A DNA stretch of 64,000 nucleotides from Felis catus (lineage: Eukaryota): the NCBI RefSeq assembly GCF_018350175.1, contig NC_058368.1, positions 91,638,001 through 91,702,000 on the forward strand, written 5' to 3'. The notes under the pieces were generated by a model. The model searched no databases. It worked only from the letters and a program-made list of their open reading frames with translations, and had not been told where the DNA came from. This document shows, one piece after another, positions 50,198-60,044 of this stretch. Made by a program: the position numbers and the translations under genes. The stretch's first letter is position 1. Each line of letters begins with the position of its first letter.

Positions 50198-50493
50198 CAA
50201 AATGTATGGGTTTTAATTGACAACCACATCATAACAAGAACCAGGAGAATTACAACCTGAATGAAAAAAGACAGTCTGTGCCCAACACCGAGATGGTGGA
50301 GATGTTAGAATAATCTGCAATGAATATTAAAGCAGCCAGCATAAAAATGCTTCAGTGGGCAATTATGAACACATTTGAAACAAGTGAAAAAGTAGAGTCT
50401 TGACAAAGGAATAGAAGAGAGAAAAGCAAAATGAGGACTTTAGAGCTGAAGAAGACAAAAACAAAAATTAAAAACTCAGTAAATGGCACTTCA

Positions 50494-50712
50494 GGGGGGC
50501 ACCTGGGTGGCTCAGGGGTTAAGTGTCTGACTCTTGATTTTGGTTCAGGTTGTGATCTCACGGTTTGTGGGTTTGAGTCCCGTGTCAGGCTCTGTGCTGA
50601 CAGTGTGGAGCCTGCCTGGGATTCTCTCTTTCTCTCCCCCTCTCTGCCTCTCCCCTGCTCATGCTCTCTCCCTCTCTCTCAAAATAAATAAATGAACTTA
50701 AAAAAAAAGAAA
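50494..50712 (+). mobile_element. Can-SINE in L1 ORF1
   Basis: Full body. Confidence 0.9.
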
Positions 50713-51146
50713 AGCTCAGTAGAAGGTATCAACAGCAGGATAGGGATAACAGAATAAAGAATAAGAGCTGGAAGATAGAATAATAAAAATTACATAATCT
50801 AAACAATAAAGAGAAAATACACAGAAAGGAAGAAAAAGAACGAGTATAGTCAGGGACCAGTGAGACTATCACAAAAGATCTAACATCCGTGTTACTGGAG
50901 TCCCAGAAGGAAAGGAGAAAGAGAGCAGGTCAGAAAGTACTTGGAGAGATAATGGCTGAAAACTTCAAATTTGGCAATAGACAAACCCCCACTTTCAAGA
51001 AGCTGAGTGAACCCCAAATAGAATAAATTCAAAGAAATCCACACCAAGACACAAGTCAAAATTCTGATATCTCATGACAAAGAAACAATCTTGAAAGCAA
51101 CAAGAGAGACACAATGCCTTACCTATAGGAAGAAGATAATTTGAAG

Positions 51147-51535
51147 TTATTTATTTTTAGTAATCTCTACACCCAATGTGGGGCTCAAACTCACAGCCCT
51201 GAGATCAAGAGTTGCACGATCTTCCAACTGAACCAGCCAGGTGCTCCATAGGAAAAAAAATTTGAGTGGATATCTCATCAGAAATCACAGAGCCAGGGGG
51301 CGCCTTGGTGGCCTAGTTGGTTAAGCATCTGACTCTTGGCCAGGTCTTGATCTCAGGGCTGTGAGTTCAAAACAAACAAACAAACAACAAAATCAAACAG
51401 ATGGCTCAGTTCTCTTTGGGACACCTCGGTGGTTCATTTGGTTAGGGGTCTGACTCTTGATCTCAGTTCAGGTCTTGATCTCAAGGTTGTGAGTTTAGGC
51501 CCTGCATTCAGCTCTGTACTGGGTGTGGAGCCTAT
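51147..51535. mobile_element. Three short or partial Can-SINEs (51147-51248 -, 51295-51395 +, 51418-51535 +)
   Basis: Three tRNA-like heads within L1 ORF1. Confidence 0.8.
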
Positions 51536-52104
51536 GGAAGGAAGGAGAGAAGGAAAGAAGGGAGGAAGGAAGGAAAGGAAGAAAGAGAGAAGGAGGAAGG
51601 GAGGAAGAGAGGAAGGAAGGAGGGAAGGAAAGGAGGAAAGAGAGGGAGGAAAGGAGGAAGGAAAGAGGAAAGTGAGGAAAGAAGGATGGAAGGAAAGGAA
51701 AGAGAGAGGAAGGAAGGGAAGGAGGAAAGAGAGAGAGAGGAAGGAAGGAGGAAAGGAGGGAGGAAGAGAGGGAGGGATGAAGGAAGGAAGGAAAGGAAAG
51801 AGAGGGAAGGAGGAAGGGAGGAAGAGAGGAAGGAAGGAGGGAAGGAAAGGAGGAAGAGAGGGAGGAGGGAGGAAGGAAGGAAAGGAGGAAAGAGGGAGGA
51901 AGGAAGGAAGGATGGAAGGAGGGAGGGAAAGGAGGAAGAGAGAGGGAGGAGGGAGGAAGGAAGGAAAGGAAAGAAAGAGGGGAGGGAGGAAAGAAGGATG
52001 GAAGGAAGGAAAGGAGGAAAGAGAGGAAGAAAGGAAAGGAGGAAAGAGAGAGGGAGGAGGGAGGAAGGAAGGAGGAAAGGAAGAGAAAGAGAGGAAGGAA
52101 GGAA
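51536..52104 (+). repeat. Polypurine (GGAA/GGA/GA) tract, 569 bp
   Basis: Only five T and no C counted on the + strand. Confidence 0.97.
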
Positions 52105-52167
52105 TGAATCATGGATCTCAAAGGAAGTGGCATGACAGTTCTCAAGTGCCAAAAGAAAAGAACTTTT

Positions 52168-52385
52168 TTTTTTTATTTTTTTTTCAACGTTTATTTATTT
52201 TTGGGACAGAGAGAGACAGAGCATGGACGGGCGAGGGGCAGAGAGAGAGGGAGACACAGAATCAGAAACAGGCTCCAGGCTGAGCTGTCAGCACAGAGCC
52301 TGATGCGGGGCTTGAACTCAGGGACCGCGAGATCGTGACCTGGCTGAAGTCGGTCGCTTAACCGACTGCGCCACCCAGGCGCCCC
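52168..52385 (-). mobile_element. Young Can-SINE (SINEC_Fc-like)
   Basis: TSD aagaaaagaactttt (52153-52167, 52386-52400). Confidence 0.95.
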
Positions 52386-53097
52386 AAGAAAAGAACTTTT
52401 AACCCAGAATCGTAGACTGAAAATAGCCTTCAGGAATGAGGGGAAATCAAGACATTTTCAGATGAAGGAAAACTAATAGATTTTGTTGCCACCAGACTTA
52501 GACTAAATGTACTGCTAAAGAAAATTATCTAAGGAAAAAAAATAAAAATAGGAATCTTGGAACATCAGGAAATAAGAAAGACCAATGGAACAAATAAAAA
52601 ACCGTGGGTACATGCGATATATTTTCCTTCTCTTGAATTTTCCAAATTCAGTGGTTGAAGCAAAAATTTTAACACTGTCTGATGTGGTTCTATAAAGGTA
52701 CAGAGAGGAAATAGTAAAAGTAATGATATAATAAGTGGGGGAAGGTAAAGGGACTTAAAGGGAGGGAAGTTTTCTACACTTTGTAAAATGACATCACCAG
52801 TAGACTGTGATTAAGTTATATGTATATAATGTAATATCTAGAACAACCATTAAAAAAGCTATGCAAAGAGAAACACTCAAAACACTAGAGATCTATCAAA
52901 ATGGAATTCTAAAAAGAGGCTCACATGACCCATAGGAAGGCAGGAGAAACAAAATAGAAAAAGAAAAAACAGCACAGAATTAAAATGAAAACAACACACT
53001 TAAGCCTGAACATATTAATAATTACATTAAATGTAGATGTAAATGGTCTAAATATTCCAATTAAGAGGTTGTCAGAGTGATTAAAAAGCATGATCCA

Positions 53098-53290
53098 GGG
53101 CACCTGGGTGGTTGTTGGTTAAGCGTCCAAATCTTGATCTCAGCTCTTGATTTCGGCTCTGGTCACAATTTGACAATTCATTTCATAGGAACAAACCACA
53201 TGATGGGCTCTGTGCCGACTGCACGGAGCCTGCTTGGGGTTCTCTCCCTCCCTCCCTCTCAAAATAAATGAATAAAATTAAAAGAAAAAG
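53098..53290 (+). mobile_element. Can-SINE in L1 endonuclease region
   Basis: Degenerate TSD aaaaagcatgatcca / aaaaacatgaccca. Confidence 0.85.
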
Positions 53291-53895
53291 GAAAAACATG
53301 ACCCAACTATAAGCTTTCTAGAAAAACTCACTTCAAATAGAAGAATATAGGTAGGTTGAAAATAAAAGGACAGAGAAAGATATATCATGCAAGTGTTGAT
53401 CAAAAGAAAGCAGGAATGGCTATATTAATATCAGATTAAGTAGACTTCAGAGCCAAAAAAATTGCCAGGGACATTATATAATGATAGCAGGGTCTATCCA
53501 CCAAGAAGAGATTAAAAAAAAAAAAATCTTAAATGTGCATGCTCCAAACAACTGAGCTGCAAAAAAATGTGAAGCAAACACGGAAAGAACTGAAAAGGGA
53601 ACCAGACAAACTCACAATCCTTGCTATAAAGGGAGACTTTTGTGGTGATGGAACAGTTCTGGGTCTTGACTGCAGTGGTGGCTGTGCTGATCTCTACACC
53701 TGTGATAAAATGGCAGCGAAGAAGGGCGCGCGCACACGTGCACACACTCGCGGTGCACCAGTGTCAACTTCTTGGTATTGATATTGTACTATATTTAAGA
53801 TGCAACCATGGGGGACACTGAGCAGAGAGTGCTAGAGACTTCCCTGTGCCATCTGTAACTACATGTGAATCTCTATTTCAAAATAAAAAGGTAAA

Positions 53896-54050
53896 GGGGG
53901 TGCCTGGTGGCACAGTCAGTTAAGCCTCTGACTCTTGATTTCGGCTCAGGTCATGAGAGCGTGGAGCCTGACTGGGATTCTTTCTCCCTCTCTCTTTGCC
54001 CCTCCCCTGCTCGTGTTCTGTCTCAAAATAAATAAACTTAAAAAAATAAA
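53896..54050 (+). mobile_element. Can-SINE in L1 tail
   Basis: Head, CT tract, tail; TSD-like aaataaaa(a/g)ggt. Confidence 0.85.
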
Positions 54051-54809
54051 TAAAAGGGTTAAAAAAAAAAAGTCTCCAAGTACCAAAGTGCAGTTTCTCA
54101 GTCTCACCACCCCCCTCCCCCCGCCCCACACTCCCACCAGCTCCAAGCCAGGCATACACAACCTGGCCCTTTTGCCCTGTTCAGCACAAGCTGTTACAAG
54201 GTGTGTTTCAATTCAGGCACCCAGTAAAGGTTTGTTAGCTGATTGGGAGTGGCATTGAGCAAGACCATGGGGGCACGAAAGGAGGGACTTCTAGAGCACA
54301 GGGAGGCTTCAGAAACCAAAGGGACAGTGTGACAGCCTCGACCTCTGGAGGGAAGTGGGGGCCCCGGGGTAAAATGAGGATGCTAGTTAAGGCCCGCACT
54401 GAGCAATGGAGAGAATGCCGTTGAGGACATCTTGCAGGCTCTAAAGGGCACGAGCAGGGTTAGCTGTGAACTTGATCGTGGGGGAACACAGGGTCCCCAG
54501 CCTGCACCCAGGAAGGCTGAGCCTCTGACACCACCATCAACTCATCTGCATGCCCCTATCCATTCTGACATCACCTGCCTGATGAGAGGCACAGTCCAGG
54601 TGAGAGCGCCCTGCTCTTCCCCAGAATCCGGAGCTCAGTCTTCCAGTTGAGAAGGTGGGTTTGTTCAGCTCACAGGTCTTGCGTTAAGAAAAGCTGCTAA
54701 AGAGGCAGACTGCTGAGTCCTCAGGACTTGCCCACATGCTTTTCTCTCCACTGGAAAGTCGTGTTTTCCTCCATCCCCCTAGTTGCTAAGCCTCAAGCCT
54801 CAGGATTCC

Positions 54810-55330
54810 TCTCTTTGCCAACCTTGATGCAAATGAGAACCTAATTTAAGCCTAGTCAGGAAAGGGATTTTTTTCCAGCTCACCTGATATCCCTAATAAT
54901 CAAGCCACCGTGTTGGCAGTCTGTCTTCCTCCATCTCTGCCCTCAGATTTCTTCATGCTCTCCCTTGCCATGTGTTGGCCCCTGGCGGCCCCACACTTAC
55001 TTCCAACGAGCTCTGCACCCAGGGGGAAAAAGAGAGAGCCTCTTTTCTAAGAGTCCCTAGGGAGCTCCACGGCTGACTGTCATTGGATGCACCGCATCCT
55101 GCTTCTATCTTTGAGCCAATCATTGAGTCCCTGCGAGGTCAGGCCTGGGTCATGTGCCCATCTCCGAGCCAATCATGGAGAGCCTGAGAGCCGAGGCCCG
55201 GTCATGTGTTCACCTTGTGGGTGGGGAGTTGGTGTAGCTCCCGGTGGAGAATGGAAACCTGGGGAGTGGTTTGCATAAGAAGAAAGTCAGCGGAAGAGAG
55301 TGCAAATTTAGAGATACACCCTACACCTTC
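54810..55330 (-). mobile_element. Old MaLR LTR (MLT1K/L-like)
   Basis: gagccaatca...ggcctgggtcatgtgccca...gagccaatca motifs typical of old MLT1. Confidence 0.55.
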
Positions 55331-55519
55331 CCTGACCCTGGGGCAGGATGGGTGAGCCGCCTATGTCTCCTAGCATTCGGCACCCCATCCGGCAACTTAA
55401 AGTTTACATCTCTCTCTCCTTCCTGGTAGTGAACTTTGAAAGTACTGGGCTGTGGACAGTTAGAAAACAAAAACAACAGCAAACATTTGACTCTACTGTC
55501 TTCCAGGCCTTGTAAACAT

Positions 55520-55701
55520 GTTTTGTTTTGTTTTGTTTTTTTAGAGAAAGAGCAGGAGAGGGACAGAGGGAGAGAACCCCAAGCAGGCTCGGTGCTGTCA
55601 GTGCAGAGCCCATCGTGGGGCTGGATCTCACAACTGTGAGATCATGACCCAAATGGAAACTAAGAGTGGGCTGCTAACTGACTAAGCTGCCCAGGCGCCC
55701 C
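55520..55701 (-). mobile_element. Can-SINE, followed by a MIR remnant (55710-55850)
   Basis: TSD taaacatg. Confidence 0.88.
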
Positions 55702-55857
55702 TAAACATGCTATTTGAAATATATGTTAACTCATTTGGAACTGTGAACTAGATACTATTATTATGCCCATTATATAGGTGAGGAGCCTGAGGTTTGGAAT
55801 AAGTGACCAGCCAAAGGGTTCACGATGAAAAGGGAAGATTCAAAATGGACCCTCTCA

Positions 55858-55970
55858 GGACACCTGGCTGGCTCAGTTGGCAGAGCATGTGACTCTTGAT
55901 CTCAGGGTCTTGAGTTCAAGCCCCACGTGGGGCATGAAGACTACTTTAAAAGAAAGAAAAAAGGAATCTC
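55858..55970 (+). mobile_element. Short Can-SINE
   Basis: Head plus tail, no CT tract. Confidence 0.85.
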
Positions 55971-57657
55971 TCAAAAGAATGAAATTACACACAAGCAGGG
56001 CTATATTCTGCACCACTTTTAACAAAACTGGTGATGGGGGATCTCCCCGAGATCCATCCGGAGGGGACAGCATATTTGCACAGTAGTGTGTGTGGTGTGG
56101 AACCCTAAGGAGGTCTTCATCCATCCCTGTGAGGTATCGTCAGGCTGTGTTGCAGACTGAAAAAGACCAGGTCCAGAATCTTGTGTATAGTATGCTGCCT
56201 TTCATATTAGAGAAAGGGGGATGGGGATAGGAATACACATACCTATCTGCTTATATTTTAAAAAAGAAACAATAGAAGAACAAACCCCGGTTTACAAGCC
56301 AAACAATGTACCTTGTTTCGTAAGTTGGCTTTGGACCCATGTAAACATTTTACATAACTGAAAACCAAAATTAAACCAAAAAAGAATAAAAGCTTCCTCG
56401 TAACATTGAAAACAAATGGTCCCGCATACAAAACTGGTGGCATGAATCTCAGAGAATTGTTTTAAGTGACTGTGAAACAATTTGTGTATTTCACGTGGGA
56501 CAAAGACGAAAAGAACCACCAATAGACCCTAAGCTGTATTCAGCAAGCCTATTGTTGCTAACCAAAACGGCATTGTTTTGAAGCTATTATATATACAAAT
56601 ATACACATTTAACCATAAATAATTATATTCATGTCTTTGGGAACCAGGGTTTTCATTGGAAGGGAAGGGGCACAGATATAAAATCCTGGAAATTAAGTAA
56701 ATCTTGTCATCTTGAAGGAGAATTGGAAACAGCAGTATAAAGGCCTCTCTTTATTCCCTAAGCAGTTGCGTTAATGTCATTAGTAGCCACCACAGCCCAC
56801 ACCAGGTCTCCTGCCTCAGGTCAGACCCTCCCTCCAACCTCCCACTGAGCCTCCATTTCCCCACTGCGTTCATCTTTGCTCATCTTTGCGCGCGCGCCGT
56901 AGTCTAAATGGATGTTCTTTGGATGGATGGGGTGAAGGGGTATTTCCATGGCTTCTGCGGCCCCAAAGTCTGTTTGGAGGCTGTGCCCGTGGGCCCCCTG
57001 GTTTTCCTGATGAAGGCCCCCGCAGCTCAGGCACCAGCTGTTGCCCATGTGTGCAGGCTGCAGTGGGGTGGGACACCCAGGAAGCCCGAGGCCTCCAAGA
57101 ACCGTCAGTCCCGTGATCAGGCTGGAAACTGTCCTTGCTGAAGACCGGAAACCCCCCAGGCTGAGCCCTGACTGTCAGGATAGGCATGGTCACTCAGTCT
57201 TGGTCAAGAAACAGGCCTTTGCTGTTTTTTTGTGTTTTTTGGTTTTGTTTTTTTTTTTTTATCCTTCTTTGTTTATTTGTTCAACCCCACTTCTCAAATC
57301 CTTCAGCAGACCTGGCCTCACATGTGCTTTGCAGGCTCTGGGTGCAGTGCTGGGTGGCCGTGTCCCATCAGAGGCCTCATTCAAATCCCCCATGGACTTG
57401 AGGGGCCGGCTTCACTGTGGGTCTGGTGGCATCTGTGAGACTCAGCATAGGGTCACAGCCTGCCAGGCGCTGCTGCCTACGCAGGTACCTGAGCCCTCGC
57501 TGACAGGCTGAGCCTGGCACAGGTCCTTCTATGTGACCAGTCTTAATGATTGGATGCTGCGTCCCCGAGTCTGGGCCCCACTCTGAATCCCTGCCTGTCC
57601 TCCTCATGATCCTCCCAGGCCTCCACGCCTGCTTTGATCATCTGCCGATCACCTTAG

Positions 57658-58078
57658 TCTTACAGGTTGAACTGTGTCCTCCCAATAGATGTTGAGGTCC
57701 TAACCCCCAGAACCTGTCGGTGGAAGTTTATTTGGAAATAGGGTGTTTGCAGATGACCAAGGGGAGGTCATCAGGGTGGGCCCCAATCCAATGGAACTGT
57801 GTCCTGTATAAAAAAGGGGAGATCAGGACAGAGAGACGGACACACACAGGGAGAACGCCGTGTGAAGAGGCAGGGAGAGACGGGCTGATACATTCACAAG
57901 TCGAGAAACATCAGGGGCATCTGGGTGTCTCAGTCGGTTAAGCCTGCAACTTGGGCAAGGGTCATGATCTCAAGGTCCATGAGTTCGAGCCCTGTGTTGG
58001 GCTCTGTGCTGACAGCTCAGAGCCTGGAGCCTGTTTTAGATTCTGTGTTGCCCTCTCTCTCTGCCCCTCCCCTGCTTG

Positions 58079-58128
<50 letters not shown>

Positions 58129-58357
58129 AAACACATAAACATTAAAAAATTTAAAAAAAAAAATGAATCACCCCACAGCTGCAGCAAAACCAGTAGAAGC
58201 GAGACAAGAAGCTGGGGACAGAGTCTCCCTCTCGGCGCTCAGAAGGAACCAGTCCTGCTGACATCTTGATCTCTTACCTCCAGCCTCTGCAACTGTAAGA
58301 GGCATAAGCCACCCAATCTGTGGGACTTTGTTACAGCAGCTGCAGAAAATGAATACA
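57658..58357 (+). mobile_element. MaLR LTR (MLT1B-like) with nested Can-SINE (57913-58162, +, long (CT)n)
   Basis: gttgaactgtgtcctccc...gaggtcctaaccccca...tttggaaataggg...ctttgttacagcagc...aatgaataca. Confidence 0.85.
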
Positions 58358-58414
58358 CCTAGGAAGGAGGTCACCCAGTGGTGGCCAGCACATATTTGTC
58401 AAACCTGCCTCTCG

Positions 58415-58770
58415 TTTTATTTTACTTATTTATTTTTTAAGTAATCTCTACTTAAATGCGGGGCTTGAACTCACGACCCCGAAATCAAGAGTCGCATGCT
58501 CTACCGGCTGAGCCAGCCAGGCGCCCCTGCCTTTTATTTTAAAAAGCTTTGGGGGCACCTGGGTGGCTCCGTCAGTTAAGCATCCAACTCTTGATTTCGG
58601 CTCAGGGTGTGTGATCTTACAGTTCCTGAGTTCGAGCTCCGCATCAGGCTCTGCGCTGACCGCCCATGAAGCCTGCTTGGGATTCCCTCTCTCTTCCTCT
58701 CTTTCTGCCCCTTATCCACTCTCTCTCTCTCTCTCTCTCTCAAAAATAAATATAAATATAAACTTAAAAT
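58415..58770. mobile_element. Head-to-head Can-SINE pair (58415-58528 -, 58551-58770 +)
   Basis: Opposed heads about 22 bp apart; TSD aaaaagctttg for the + copy. Confidence 0.9.
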
Positions 58771-59462
58771 AAAAAGCTTTGAGCCAATACTTCTACATCC
58801 ATAGCCCTCAGATTTCTAGTTTCCTTTGAAAAATCAGAACATCTCGTAACCCCCAGGCCATTCCTGCTTGGCCATAGGTGGCTGGAGCAGAGTCATCGCT
58901 GCCCACATTTTGGCCACAGAGCCTACAATCAACTCAGAGCATGTTGAGGCATAGAGGCAACACAAGACGAGTTGCTTCAGCCCCACACAGGACAGTTCAG
59001 CCTGGACCGGCCTGGCCTCAGGAGGCATCTGAGTTCTTGATCTTTGCTCTAATACCTCCTCCAGAGCCTTTCCCTACTTCTCTCAGTCTTTTTGTCTGAC
59101 CTCAGCTGTGACCTCAGCTGTCAGATTCTAGCCATTTGCCTGTGCGCAGACCCCTTGACCTCACACCTTGTTATGCATCAGGGAAGGGGCCCTTCTTCCG
59201 GCATGAACCTCATTGGCCCCACCCAGTGCCTGTCCCCAAGTTCCTCTTCTCTGCCCATAGTGGGCAGTATATTGGTATCCAGGCCATTTCTCGTGACTCA
59301 TCCCACTGCCCACCTGTCCCAGACCCACTGGTTGACCCTTTTGCCAAAGGAAAGTAGATTTTTTTTTTTAATTATCATTTGAAAACTCCAGGGCAGTTCA
59401 ACTTAGCAGTTTCTCTTACACTTTTACTCCTCCTGTCCCAATTCAAAGTTATCTGAAGGGTT

Positions 59463-59588
59463 GGGGCATTTGGGTGGCTCAGTTGGTTGAGCATTTGACA
59501 CTTGACTTCAGCTCAGGTCATGTTCTTGAAGTTCATGCATTCAAGCCCCATGTCAGGCTCTACACTGATAGTGCAGAGCCTTCTTGGG

Positions 59589-59628
<40 letters not shown>

Positions 59629-59693
59629 CTTCCCACCCTCCCTCCATCTCTCTCTTTCTCTCTCTTCCTCAAATAAATAAATAAACTTAAAAA
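59463..59693 (+). mobile_element. Can-SINE
   Basis: Full body; TSD-like tatctgaaggg. Confidence 0.9.
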
Positions 59694-59864
59694 ATATATA
59701 TCTGAAGGGGGCAGTGGTATGGGAAATTGTAGACTATGCAAGACAGAGAACAAAGGTGAATCATTTTATCCTTCCAATGGAAAGATTCTAGGAATTGAGT
59801 ATATATTCAGAACTCTAGTTGGTACCAGACTGAATTATCTTCCCTGAGATGAGATATTTTTCCT

Positions 59865-60025
59865 CTTTTATTTATTTTGAGAAAGAGAGAGAGAGAGAAT
59901 ATCAAGCAGGCTCTGTGCTGTCAGCACAGAGCCCAATGTGGGGGTCGATACCACAAACTGTGAGATCATGACTTGAGCTGAAATCAAGAGTCAGGTGTTT
60001 AACTAACCAAGCCACCCAGGCACTC
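59865..60025 (-). mobile_element. Can-SINE
   Basis: Reverse body. Confidence 0.88.
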
Positions 60026-60044
60026 AGACATCTTTTTCTTTTTT

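Larger units (their letters stand above)
49088..54067 (+). mobile_element. Ancient L1 (L1MD/MC-like) with 5'UTR, decayed ORF1, ORF2 endonuclease start and 3'UTR; most of ORF2 absent
   Basis: ORF1 remnants (RSNIRVTGVPEG near 50877; MAENF; TPNRINSKKSTPRH; EGEIKTFSDEGKL near 52437). Endonuclease remnants (NVNGLNIPIKR-like, KKAGMAILISD, ILNVHAPNN). 3'UTR 53620-53895. Degenerate TSD aaaaggctccacgtaac (49071-49087) / aaaagtctccaagtacc (54068-54084). Confidence 0.85.

Noticed and set aside
51429..52283. 284-aa ORF rich in R/K/E/G, and the antisense S/F/L/P ORFs
   Set aside because: Translation of the polypurine tract and flanking SINEs; stop codons cannot occur without T.
55080..55180. Paired CCAAT boxes as a promoter
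   Set aside because: They fall within an old MLT1-type LTR where such motifs are part of the repeat; no independent support.
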